A program made the position numbers and the translations under genes. Below are positions 39,744 to 49,471 of a stretch of DNA of 64,000 bases, one piece after another. The stretch lies in NCBI GenBank assembly GCA_965207885.1, contig OZ242311.1, positions 192,001 to 256,000 on the forward strand, in the 5' to 3' direction. The DNA comes from Candidatus Latescibacterota bacterium. Its GTDB lineage: Bacteria; Latescibacterota; UBA2968. Position 1 is the stretch's first letter; each line of letters opens with the position of its first letter. The notes below the pieces were generated by a model that ran no database searches, had not been told where the DNA came from, and saw nothing but the letters and a program-made list of their open reading frames with translations.

Positions 39744-40430
39744 ATGATGATTCCCCTCAAAGACGAACACCCTTCGGGAAGCGTGCCCGTATTGGTGATC
39801 GGCATATTGCTGGCCAATGTGGGCATCTTCGTGTACGCCTGGTTATTGGGCGACATCGGATTTCACGTATTTACCGCACGATATGGGGCGATCCCCTTTG
39901 AAATCATGCACGATGTTGACGCAATCTCTCCCACGCCCATCCCGCTATATCTCACGCTATTATCGTCGATGTTTATGCACGGCGGCATATTACATCTGGG
40001 CGGCAACATGCTGTATTTGTGGATATTTGGGAACAATATAGAAGCCGCGCTGGGACGTGCGCGATTCTTGTTCTTCTATTTATTTTGCGGGATAATAGCA
40101 ACACTATCACATGTGATTTCCGAACCGGAATCCACCATACCAATGGTGGGTGCCAGTGGCGCAATAGCGGGAATATTGGGAGGCTATCTGGCGGCATTTC
40201 CCGGCACGCGAATACTGGTACTCGTATTTTATTTTATCCTTCGCGTACCGGCACTAATCGTACTCGGCGGATGGTTTGTCATTCAGTTGCTCAACGCCTC
40301 AAGTGCCAGCGGCACAAGCGACGTCGCCTGGTTCGCCCACATTGCCGGATTTGTCGTAGGCTATGTGCTCATGCGACAATGGAAAAACAAAATCCCGACC
40401 AAAAGAGTATATGAGCAGTGGGAGTATTGA
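39744..40430 (+). CDS. Rhomboid intramembrane serine protease
   Basis: FMHGGILHLGGNMLYLWIFG, VGASGAI, AWFAHIAGF. Confidence 0.95.
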   Translation: MMIPLKDEHPSGSVPVLVIGILLANVGIFVYAWLLGDIGFHVFTARYGAIPFEIMHDVDAISPTPIPLYLTLLSSMFMHGGILHLGGNMLYLWIFGNNIEAALGRARFLFFYLFCGIIATLSHVISEPESTIPMVGASGAIAGILGGYLAAFPGTRILVLVFYFILRVPALIVLGGWFVIQLLNASSASGTSDVAWFAHIAGFVVGYVLMRQWKNKIPTKRVYEQWEY

Positions 40431-40436
40431 AAGCGA

Positions 40437-42806
40437 TCAAGGCATCGTAGATCCCACACTATCTACATCCCTCGGCGTCGTCCCCAATTTCCATTGGTCT
40501 ATGAGCCTGCGTATATCTTCGGGATTTTCAAGCGGTGGACCCAGGCGGAGCAGGTTTTCAAGCGAAGAAACAGCACGGGTAATGTCACCCGACTCGTAAA
40601 AATGGATAGCCAGCGCGTGATAGTGTGCGCCAACGAGTTGCCAGGTCTCCGGGAAATCGAGCGCGTATGGAGGCACGCGTTTTTCGACTTCCAGGAGAAC
40701 ATCATAAGCCTCTGTGTGCATACCCAGCCGAATGTACGCGCGGACAAGCCCATCAAAGAGAATCAAATAATTGCTGAGCAAACGGCGAGCAACCGGGTCT
40801 TTGTGAACCGTACTATCCGCAACGCCGGTGTACCGATAGACCTCGAGCAAATTGCGCCTGATCTTTTCCTCCTCAAACTGCTCATATCCCCGGGTCCTGA
40901 CCAATTTATACGCCATCCCCTCCATAGACAAATAGGACTTCAAACCCGCCATATTGATATCGGGTACGGTCACGGCAAAATAAATGGGCCGCTTTTCCCA
41001 GTTGTGTTTCACAATGCGCCATATCATCAAAGTATGGGGTTCCAGGACCGGCACCGTCTCTCTGCCTCTGCCCGTGGGATACCCGACTATGGGAAGATCC
41101 CCCCCCTCGAGTTTAAGACCTGCTACTTCTACGCTTCTGTCGTAATCCCAGGGAAGAGCCCCAAGCCATTCTTCAATCTCATCATCCTCCAGGTCAAATT
41201 CAATACCGTGCCTCTTCAGCTGTTTAATGTACCACGAAGTCTTGATAAGACTGAGATTGACAATTTGAATATCGTTTCGCACACCCTCAACGCCCTGCAA
41301 AAACCACAGAGGATACGTATCGTTATCCCCATTCGTAAACAAAATGGCATTCTCCTCGCAGGTAGCCATAATATTATAGGCATAATCATAGGACACAAAA
41401 TCGCCCGTGCGATCGTGTACGTGATAATTTTTCACCAGAATACCCGATGGCACCAGAAGCATGAGAGCCGCCGCGCCCCACGCCAGTGATGGCGTCTTCA
41501 TCCAGGCGATAAGCCCCGCAGCACCAATACCCATCCATACACCGAAAAATGTATAAGCCCCCACAAAGATATATTCGCGCTCGCGGGGTTCCGGGTCGGG
41601 CATATTGAGATAAAGCACAAGCCCCACGCCCATCAGGGCAAACATAGCAAAAAGGGAAGCAAAGCGTTTCCAATCCATACGCAGGTGATACACAGCACCG
41701 CCAATGCCGAGCGCGAGTGTAATCAGAGAATATTGAATGATCTCATATCGACTCATATAAACATCTACGGCACGGCGAAAAGCTGCGGAAATACCATCAA
41801 AAAACGGAAACTGCTGGAGAAAATATTTGATGTGAATATTAAACTGATAAGCCCAGGGTTCGGCGCGGCGTGGAAAAACGAGGTGGATCCCGTATTGCTG
41901 GCGCCCCATAAATGCTTTGAAATTCTCCCAGGTCTCGGGATCGTTCATATCAATCATAGGATTGAGACCCGAACGGATAAAAAGGGCGAAATACGTGGAA
42001 AAACCCAGCGCACCGATAATAATTCCCAAAAGCCAGAATTGGGGATTGCGCCACTCAGGTCTCAAAATGAGCAACCCGATAACAACGGCACCCGTCAGAA
42101 GTGCGGCGACACCAATGGGAAAAACAATAGATAAGAAAGGATAGAGGGTAAGCCCCACGACCACGAGCACCTGATGCTTAAGTGGTCGATCTTCCATCAA
42201 ATCGGTAAAAAGCAGAATGAGAATACCGGGAATGGTGAGCAAACACTGGAGATGTACACCTGCGCCGAGTCCAAAAAGATAGGCAATAAAGAGCAAGAGG
42301 CGATCGCTATTGTGGTCTTTGTGCGCGTCATCCCAGCGCAGAGCCACCCACACCGCCAACATGGTAATACACATCGACAGGCCATAAACTTCGGCTTCGA
42401 TGGCGTTATTCCAAAAAGAAAAAGAGAAAGCCGTGCTGAGGGAGGCAACCACACCCCCAACAAGGATAGCGACTTGTTGGATAGTATCTTCGCGATCCAA
42501 CCAGGTGGAGAGCAAACGGACAGTACACAAATAGATGAGAACAACTGTGGCAATACCAGCAGCAGCCGACAGGAGATTCACGCGAAAAGCGATTTCTCCA
42601 AAAGGCAACATGGAAAAGATACGCCCCAGCAAAGTATAGAACGGCGCGCCGGGGGGATGGGGAATGCCCAGAGTATAAGCAGTGGTGATAAACTCGCCAC
42701 AGTCCCAAAATGCAACAGTAGGTGCCAGTGTCGAGAGATAGATAACAGCCGTGACAAAAAATACCAGACCAGCGACGATCTTATTGCGCTGTCCAAATCC
42801 GTTCAT
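40437..42806 (-). CDS. DUF2723 / TMEM260-like membrane glycosyltransferase (GT-C)
   Basis: TLAPTVAFWDCGEF, HPPGAP, EAEVY, PREREY, LFTNGDNDTYPLW. Confidence 0.9.
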   Translation of the reverse strand: MNGFGQRNKIVAGLVFFVTAVIYLSTLAPTVAFWDCGEFITTAYTLGIPHPPGAPFYTLLGRIFSMLPFGEIAFRVNLLSAAAGIATVVLIYLCTVRLLSTWLDREDTIQQVAILVGGVVASLSTAFSFSFWNNAIEAEVYGLSMCITMLAVWVALRWDDAHKDHNSDRLLLFIAYLFGLGAGVHLQCLLTIPGILILLFTDLMEDRPLKHQVLVVVGLTLYPFLSIVFPIGVAALLTGAVVIGLLILRPEWRNPQFWLLGIIIGALGFSTYFALFIRSGLNPMIDMNDPETWENFKAFMGRQQYGIHLVFPRRAEPWAYQFNIHIKYFLQQFPFFDGISAAFRRAVDVYMSRYEIIQYSLITLALGIGGAVYHLRMDWKRFASLFAMFALMGVGLVLYLNMPDPEPREREYIFVGAYTFFGVWMGIGAAGLIAWMKTPSLAWGAAALMLLVPSGILVKNYHVHDRTGDFVSYDYAYNIMATCEENAILFTNGDNDTYPLWFLQGVEGVRNDIQIVNLSLIKTSWYIKQLKRHGIEFDLEDDEIEEWLGALPWDYDRSVEVAGLKLEGGDLPIVGYPTGRGRETVPVLEPHTLMIWRIVKHNWEKRPIYFAVTVPDINMAGLKSYLSMEGMAYKLVRTRGYEQFEEEKIRRNLLEVYRYTGVADSTVHKDPVARRLLSNYLILFDGLVRAYIRLGMHTEAYDVLLEVEKRVPPYALDFPETWQLVGAHYHALAIHFYESGDITRAVSSLENLLRLGPPLENPEDIRRLIDQWKLGTTPRDVDSVGSTMP

Positions 42807-42833
42807 AAAGTTTCTACTCGCATGTATGGGTTC

Positions 42834-43502
42834 TTACTCCGGAAGGTCTTCGGGTCGCTCAATTTCAATATCGACAAATGTGCCATCAACTCTGGCTATA
42901 ACATAAAAAACCTCATTGCCCCGCAAAACCCATACTGAGCTACCTGTACCGTGCATGAGAACGGGTTCTGAGGGACCATAGGTATTGGGAGGCAAGTCTT
43001 CGGGGCCATAAACCTGCACACTCCCATACGTGGGATCCCATTTGAGAAAAAAGAGACTATCGCCCTTCAAAACCCAGGCTCTGGACCCACCACCAGCCAT
43101 CATAACCGGTTCCGACCCATCTGAATCCGGAAGCTCTTCAGGACGCTCTGATTCCAGTCTCACAAACGTACCTTCGCGTTTTGCAGCGACAAAATAGACA
43201 TCGTCACCCCGCAGTATCCACGCAAAATCGCCCGTACTCTGCAAAAGCAGAACTTCTTTGATATCCTCACCACCGATTTCCTGGGGACCGTAAATCTGCG
43301 CCTGTTCAAATTCCCTATCCCATTTGAGATAGTAAAGTTTATTCCCCTTCAAAATCCAGGATGTCACCCCGCTACCGCCTATCATAGCGGGTTCTGGCAC
43401 TTCTTCATCCAGGGCAAAAACAGACGCCGGTTTAGACAGCGGTAAGCTTGTGCAAGCAGTAGAAAGTAAAAACAGAGCATATATGAAACGCCGATTAGAC
43501 AT
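42834..43502 (-). CDS. Hypothetical lipoprotein with an internal tandem duplication (propeller-blade-like)
   Basis: Lipobox STAC; two ~95-aa repeats EP.M.G.G...W.LKG..L..LKWD.....YGP. Confidence 0.7.
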   Translation of the reverse strand: MSNRRFIYALFLLSTACTSLPLSKPASVFALDEEVPEPAMIGGSGVTSWILKGNKLYYLKWDREFEQAQIYGPQEIGGEDIKEVLLLQSTGDFAWILRGDDVYFVAAKREGTFVRLESERPEELPDSDGSEPVMMAGGGSRAWVLKGDSLFFLKWDPTYGSVQVYGPEDLPPNTYGPSEPVLMHGTGSSVWVLRGNEVFYVIARVDGTFVDIEIERPEDLPE

Positions 43503-43579
43503 TTTTGATTCTCCGGTTGAAATAAAAAAATTTTTAGACGGACAAATGTATAGGTTATGGAAGAATCAGTCAAGAGGCG

Positions 43580-43647
43580 GTGAGACGTAAGAAGTGAGAG
43601 GAGGAGCCTTTAACGTCTTACGTTTTACGTCTTACCTTTCACCTTTA
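43580..43647. repeat. Inverted clusters of degenerate 7-mers
   Basis: GTGAGAC GTAAGAA GTGAGAG ... AACGTCT TACGTTT TACGTCT TACCTTT CACCTTT. Confidence 0.55.
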
Positions 43648-43689
43648 AACTATACACCCCAGCAAAATAAAAGTTCTACCCAAAAAAAT

Positions 43690-43726
43690 AATAGGCCACA
43701 TCGGGCGAACCCGTTTGTGGCCTATT
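43690..43726 (-). terminator. Intrinsic terminator of the sigma factor gene
   Basis: AATAGGCCACA...TGTGGCCTATT with a T-tract on the minus strand. Confidence 0.8.
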
Positions 43727-43742
43727 GGAATAGCGGACCGTG

Positions 43743-44600
43743 TTAATGCAAATAAGATTTCAGCGGACGGCTACGCGAGGTATGGCGCAATCGCCGAAGG
43801 GCTTTCTCTTTAATCTGACGCACGCGCTCTCGAGTCAATCCAAAACGTTCGCCAATTTCCTCGAGGGTAAGTGGCTGTTCGCGATTGATACCAAAATAAA
43901 GTGTAATAACTTCGGCTTCACGAGGGGTGAGGGTAGCGAGGGCTTTTTCTATTTCTCGTCTGAGTGCGTCATCGAGAAGTGGATCGTCGGGAGGGGGTTG
44001 CATGCCGTCTTCAAGTACATCGAGCAGATTATTGTCTTCGCCATCTTTAAATGGCGCATCCAGTGAAAGATGCCGGCTCGAAATTTTGAGTGTATCGCGC
44101 ACTTCAAAATCATTCATGCCGAGTTCATCGGCAATTTCACCCGGACTGGGTTCGCGACCATACTCCTGTTCGAGACCACTCGATGCCTTGCCAATTTTAT
44201 GGAGCGCGCCAACCCGATTCAGCGGCAGCCGAACAATGCGAGATTGCTCGGCCAGAGCCTGTAAAATCGCCTGACGGATCCACCACACGGCATAAGAAAT
44301 AAATTTAAAACCCTTAGTTTCATCAAAACGTTTGGCAGCTTTGATAAGCCCAAGATTTCCTTCATTTATCAGGTCGCCCATCGAAAGGCCCTGATTCTGG
44401 TATTGTTTGGCGACACTTACCACAAATCTCAGGTTGGCTGTGGTCAATTCTTCCAGGGCACCTTGATCGCCCTTTTTTATTCGTTTGGCCAGCACGACTT
44501 CCTGGTCTGCTGTAAGCAACGCGACTTCGCCAATTTCTTGTAAATACTGATCCAGTGATTCGTCTTCACGAGCATAAGGTCTTTTAGATAGTCTTGGCAC
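43743..44600 (-). CDS. rpoD: RNA polymerase sigma70 factor, RpoD/SigA family (short FCB type)
   Basis: [48 protein letters not shown]; GTG start at 44600 with a GGAGAGG SD. Confidence 0.92.
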   Translation of the reverse strand: MPRLSKRPYAREDESLDQYLQEIGEVALLTADQEVVLAKRIKKGDQGALEELTTANLRFVVSVAKQYQNQGLSMGDLINEGNLGLIKAAKRFDETKGFKFISYAVWWIRQAILQALAEQSRIVRLPLNRVGALHKIGKASSGLEQEYGREPSPGEIADELGMNDFEVRDTLKISSRHLSLDAPFKDGEDNNLLDVLEDGMQPPPDDPLLDDALRREIEKALATLTPREAEVITLYFGINREQPLTLEEIGERFGLTRERVRQIKEKALRRLRHTSRSRPLKSYLH

Positions 44601-44805
44601 TTCGTCAACCTCTCCTTCTTTGCACAGGGGATTTGCGCAGGTAGATAACACCTGCAAGGATAAAGGACAAAGGTCTGTGAAACGACAAAGGGAGAATCTT
44701 ACATGAATACCTCCTATCTTTACCCGATTGCCAGTGCTAAATCCCTTCCCTTTCTCGACACGGCAACGGGCTTCTAACTTCTGGTGGGGCCAGAAGAAGT
44801 TTCTA

Positions 44806-45742
44806 GGTAGTGTCTGAAAAGTCGTAAAGTATGTATTTTAGTTGCAGCATACGCCCTAAACCAAGGAGTATGATATGCAACGGAGATATGAACTGCGCGA
44901 CGAGGCTTGGCATCTGATCCAAGACCTGTTCCCACCGCCGAAGAAGATGGGTCGTCCCCGTCGGGATGATCGTACATTATTCAACGGGATCTTCTGGATA
45001 TTGTGTTCAGGTGCAGCTTGGCGCGACCTGCCAGAACGATATGGTCCTTGGCAGACAGCCTTTGACCGATTCTGCAAATGGAAACAGGATGGCACCTTTG
45101 ATCGCATTGTAGAAAAGCTACATCTCAAATTGGGTGAAGATGGTCTTTTAGATTATGCGACCTGGATGATGGATGCAACCCATATTCGAGCCACACAAGC
45201 CGCGGCAGGAGCGAAAAAAAAAGGGCAAAAAGGGTGAAGAAGAGCCCCCAGATCACGCTTTAGGACGCTCTCGTGGCGGTTTGACCACGAAAATCCATCT
45301 TCTTTGCGATGCAGTCGGGCATCCTTTAGCAGTGGATCTTCTCCCTGGTAACCAGTCAGAATCCACACAGGCTGAAAGGCTACTGTCAAAGGTATGCATA
45401 CCCACCAAACGAGGGCGTCCAAGAAACCGACCCAAGTATCTGGTAGCTGATAAATCTTATGATGTCTCACGCATCAGAGTCTATCTACGCAAACGGGGTA
45501 TCAAGGCTGCTATCCCAAACAAGGCGATTCCCAAAGGCAGAAAACGGCGTAAGAGAGGACCACGGCCTAAGTGTGATAAAAGATTATATGCCAAACGCAA
45601 TATCGTGGAGCGTCTCTTTGGTTGGCTTAAACACTGCCGACGGATTGTGACCCGATTTGAAAAAAAGGCGACTCATTTTCTCACTATGGTCAAGCTGGCC
45701 TGTATCAGACAACTCTTCAAAGCTTACTTTTCAGACACTACC
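44806..45742 (+). mobile_element. IS5-family element copy 2 (937 bp, apparently identical to copy 1)
   Basis: Same IRs, TA duplication and identical ORF translations (44875-45237, 45173-45745). Confidence 0.95.
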
Positions 45743-46059
45743 TAATCTTCTCTATCTGATTCTTGTAATGTTTTGAATTGCGCTTCCTGGTTTTGCAATT
45801 GCTCTTCGAGCTTGCTAATCGTCGCGATTTGACCTTGAACCGCTTCAGTTTGTGCCTCAATGGCGGCCTCATGGTCTTTGAGTTCTTCGTATATTTGTCC
45901 GCCAAGTTCAGTAAATGCATCGTGAATAGCGTGGCGGGTGCGTGCAATATCGAGGCGTGCGCGGCCGAGTCTGCCCAGATATTCGGCTTTTTCCGCTGCT
46001 GTAGCCGCGCCATCGCGAAGACCTTGCTTAATTTTTTCCCAAAGAGTTTCGGAATTCAT
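45742..46059 (-). CDS. Hypothetical coiled-coil protein
   Basis: Downstream of the BMC gene, GGAG SD, heptad pattern. Confidence 0.7.
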   Translation of the reverse strand: MNSETLWEKIKQGLRDGAATAAEKAEYLGRLGRARLDIARTRHAIHDAFTELGGQIYEELKDHEAAIEAQTEAVQGQIATISKLEEQLQNQEAQFKTLQESDRED

Positions 46060-46075
46060 TGTGTTTGCTCCAGCA

Positions 46076-46531
46076 TTAAGCGTCAGTTTGATTTCTTTTT
46101 ACACTGCGAAGTTCGGACAGCAATTGCGCTCGATTTGCGCGTGAAATCTCCCGCCCCTGAATATTAATACCCGGGGTTTCACGAGCAATCTGGCGCAGGC
46201 GATGTACCGGCAGATTTTCGAGATCCTCTTCGTTCGCTTCGTCTATTTCATCCTCTTTTTCCACCAACCCAAAAACATCGACGAGATCTTCGTGTGGATT
46301 GGGAATCACGTGATGTGCCACCAGAGTGCCCACCTGTTGCGCAGCCTGTACACCAGCTTCAACCGCAGCCTGCACTGCGCCAACATCGCCTAAAACGCGA
46401 ATCGAAATAATACCACCTTCTATTTGTTCAACAGCAGACAACTCAACAGCCGCTGCTTTGGTTGCTGCATCGGCAGCTTCTGCAACGCCGACAAAACCCA
46501 GCGTTTCAATAAGTCCGAGGGCAGGTTTCAT
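46076..46531 (-). CDS. Bacterial microcompartment hexameric shell protein (BMC-H) with a C-terminal extension
   Basis: ALGLIETLG..AADAATKAA.V..GDVGAVQAAVEAG..HVIPNPH. Confidence 0.92.
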   Translation of the reverse strand: MKPALGLIETLGFVGVAEAADAATKAAAVELSAVEQIEGGIISIRVLGDVGAVQAAVEAGVQAAQQVGTLVAHHVIPNPHEDLVDVFGLVEKEDEIDEANEEDLENLPVHRLRQIARETPGINIQGREISRANRAQLLSELRSVKRNQTDA

Positions 46532-46547
46532 AAATGCTTATTTCCAA

Positions 46548-46597
46548 ACAAAGAAAAGCGGCTACTCAAAACGCCAGGTGCGTATGAACAGCCGCCG
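46548..46597 (-). terminator. Terminator-like hairpin just upstream of the BMC-H start
   Basis: Minus strand GCGGCTGTTCA...TGAGTAGCCGC TTTTCTTT. Confidence 0.55.
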
Positions 46598-46831
46598 AAT
46601 AAATCCATTCAACGGTGTGTATTTTTGGCAGAGAAAATGAAAATAGTTGTGTAATCCAACGGAAGGTTCATTAGACTTGCCAATCTACGAATGTGTTGAT
46701 TTATATGGATACCGCGAGAGTCAAAAGTAACAAATTTGAGGTCAGATGTCACGCATTTTTTTACATGTGAAAGCTATCCTAATGTAGTGTATTGTAATAT
46801 AGTTATATAGCTTATAAAGGGAACTCATGAG

Positions 46832-48274
46832 TCACCATTGAAAACGACTCAGCCCCTCAGCAGTACCAAACCAGACATATCCGCCATCGCGAAGAACAAC
46901 CTGTACCCGCGTGTGTGCAAGCCCATCGTACATCGTGTAATGTGTCCAGAGGTGGCGCGGCACATCTAAAAGAAAAGCTCCTGCGCTCGTGGCAACCCAC
47001 ACCTCATCGCTATTGGCCTCAATTGAGACGCGGTCTCTCCCACCTATCTCGGCGAGGGGATACTCGCGCCAGGTATTATCTCCCGGGCGGTATCGCACGG
47101 CTGCTGATGGGACATTTGTAGCAAGCCACAGATCATTGTTGTGCATAGCCAGCGCGCGTACCTTTCGTTTGGCAATATCATCGGCCACAGGCCGCCAGGT
47201 GCGATCTCCTCGGGCACATTGAAAAAGACCGCTCTCAGTACCTGCCCATATATAATCGGGACCCGCAACCATAGCATTGATAATCGCGTATTCGCTACCC
47301 TGCACATAGTCGAGCGAATCGGCTTTAATATCCAGCATAGCCAAACCGCGTTCCGAACCAATCCAGAGAATGTCGTTATCGCGTGCCAGTGCCTGCACCC
47401 GCCCCCAAAGGCGGGTTTCGCGATAAGTAAACCATTGTCCAGTGCGTCTGTAATACCGCATCAGACCATTGTGGGTGCCAAACCACACATTTTCACCGCC
47501 GGGTAATATCGTGACAATCTGGGGATCGTCGAGACCGATGATGCGGTTGGATTCAAAATACTCCCACGTATTTGTACCAGAGCGATATCGGGTAATACCG
47601 CGCGCAGGTGCGCGATAAGTGTCCGCACCCCCAATCCACAACACATCGCCATCGCGTGCAATAGCAGTGACGTTTTCTTCCAGCGGACCATAAGTGAGAA
47701 ATGAAAGCTGACCATCGAGGAGTTCGGCCTGCCCAACGCCCAGACCCCATGTGGCGATCCAGAGATGACGCCAGGAGTCAATCAACACATCTGTAATCGC
47801 ATAGTTGCGCCGGGGACCTATAACCTGGTGATCATCGACATAATAACCAAAAGGCGGAAAAACCGGTGGAATTTGGGGAACCGACCGCGGATTGTGCAGA
47901 TGTGCAGGAGGCCTACCCCCCTGCATAACGCTCTGCACGCCAGTGAGCCACCGGCCTACACCCGAGGGCGTTTCAAACCACAGGTCACCTGTATCGCTAT
48001 CATAAGCAATCCGCTGTACCCTGTTATCGGGCAAGCCATCGCGAGTTGTCAGCGGAGCCAGCCAGGACTTGGCAAACCGGTCATAGCGGCGAATGCCCCC
48101 GGTCGTCGCCACAAAAATGACCGTCGGGCTTTCCGCTATAGACGTGACGTAATTCATGCTGGTAAAATTTTCCCAGCGATCGCGGTCATACGCGGATGAG
48201 GGCGCAGAGAGCAGAACGGTCAGAAGCGCGATAGAAAATTGCACTGCACGTCGGTGAATAACAAGCTTAAACAT
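46832..48274 (-). CDS. Secreted beta-propeller protein (two-component regulator propeller-like repeats)
   Basis: Repeats DGLPDNRV, LWIATWG.GV, VWFGT..GL; signal peptide from ATG 48274. Confidence 0.8.
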   Translation of the reverse strand: MFKLVIHRRAVQFSIALLTVLLSAPSSAYDRDRWENFTSMNYVTSIAESPTVIFVATTGGIRRYDRFAKSWLAPLTTRDGLPDNRVQRIAYDSDTGDLWFETPSGVGRWLTGVQSVMQGGRPPAHLHNPRSVPQIPPVFPPFGYYVDDHQVIGPRRNYAITDVLIDSWRHLWIATWGLGVGQAELLDGQLSFLTYGPLEENVTAIARDGDVLWIGGADTYRAPARGITRYRSGTNTWEYFESNRIIGLDDPQIVTILPGGENVWFGTHNGLMRYYRRTGQWFTYRETRLWGRVQALARDNDILWIGSERGLAMLDIKADSLDYVQGSEYAIINAMVAGPDYIWAGTESGLFQCARGDRTWRPVADDIAKRKVRALAMHNNDLWLATNVPSAAVRYRPGDNTWREYPLAEIGGRDRVSIEANSDEVWVATSAGAFLLDVPRHLWTHYTMYDGLAHTRVQVVLRDGGYVWFGTAEGLSRFQW

Positions 48275-49421
48275 TACGTGGGACCTCAAACATATTCCTC
48301 GCCGCCTCAAATTCGGGTATCGACGTCTTGCCATTGAGGCTGAGTTCAGACAAAATCCGCCCCGTGAGCGGCCCGAACTTAAAACCGTGCCCTGAAAACC
48401 CCGCCCCGATAACCACATTGGGATTATCCGGATGGACATCCAGAATAAAGTCCTCAGTACCCGTATTGGTATAAAGACACGTCTCCCAATCGAGAAACCG
48501 CTCAACCGGCGGAACAAATTGCGCTTTAATAAATACGCGAAGATCCTCAATCGCGTCCTCCGGCATCTGCGTGGGCACATCGTCGGGATCGTCGTCAACC
48601 CCACTGACAATATGTTTGGCCAGCTTGATCCCCTCGCGCCCAAATTGCGGAAGACCGTAATAACTTATATCGCCTTTTCGCAGGAGATAACCCCAAACCG
48701 GAAAAGCCCCGGGTTGAAATTCCTCCCGCGCCCCCTCAAGCTGGAAAAACCCAACCGTCTGGCGCGCCACTGCAACCTGCGAATTGAGAACCGGAAGCAA
48801 GCGAGACACCCAGGGACCAGCCGTCACAATCAGGCGTTCCGTTTCAAAATCCCCCGCAGAAGTCTCCACGCGAATGGGATCCCGGGTAATATCAACGCGC
48901 TGGACAGTCGTATTTTCCCGGATCTCCCCATCCCAACTGCGAATCAGGCGAATAAGAGACTGAACAGCCTGAGCGGCAGCCACAAGCCCGGCCGTGCGGT
49001 CGTACAGAACACCAGCGGCATCTTCAAAGCGAAAGACCGGAAAGCGTTTCCGCCCCTCTTCCGGAGTGAGAGGTTCCACATCCACACCGACCTCTGTCAC
49101 AGCCCTGGCATAGCTCGTGTATTTCCCACCAGGAGGACCAAAAAAACAGCCCGGCGTGGGATAGATGAGTTGAACCTCTGCATCGCGCTCGAGCTGGGGC
49201 CACGACTCACCGTGTGCAATTTGCATAAGACGCACATAATCTGCATTCACATAAGCACTGCGGGTAATACGCGAATCCCCGTGTGAACTGCCCCGGCCAT
49301 GAGCGAGCGCAAACTGTTCAATCAGCCCAACATCGCGAATGCCCTGCCGCAAGAGATGATAGCATGTACACAGGCCATTGATGCCCGCGCCAATGATGAG
49401 TGTATGGTATGTAGAAGACAT
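48267..49421 (-). CDS. solA: N-methyl-L-tryptophan / monomeric sarcosine oxidase
   Basis: GAGING, GSSHGDSRITR, CLYT, GFSGHGFKF. Confidence 0.88.
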   Translation of the reverse strand: MSSTYHTLIIGAGINGLCTCYHLLRQGIRDVGLIEQFALAHGRGSSHGDSRITRSAYVNADYVRLMQIAHGESWPQLERDAEVQLIYPTPGCFFGPPGGKYTSYARAVTEVGVDVEPLTPEEGRKRFPVFRFEDAAGVLYDRTAGLVAAAQAVQSLIRLIRSWDGEIRENTTVQRVDITRDPIRVETSAGDFETERLIVTAGPWVSRLLPVLNSQVAVARQTVGFFQLEGAREEFQPGAFPVWGYLLRKGDISYYGLPQFGREGIKLAKHIVSGVDDDPDDVPTQMPEDAIEDLRVFIKAQFVPPVERFLDWETCLYTNTGTEDFILDVHPDNPNVVIGAGFSGHGFKFGPLTGRILSELSLNGKTSIPEFEAARNMFEVPRNV

Positions 49422-49471
49422 AGTTGTATGATAAAGGGATTGCTGTAACGCGCCTCAAATGTTGTGATTCA

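Noticed and set aside
40494-42938. Long + strand ORFs (331, 149, 254 aa)
   Set aside because: Antisense shadows of the DUF2723 gene.
43580-43647. Heptamer cluster as a functional RNA
   Set aside because: Short degenerate tandem repeats of a common intergenic type, with no further support.
48275-48643. N-terminal extension of the 603-aa ORF
   Set aside because: It overlaps solA in another frame; the signal peptide begins at ATG 48274.
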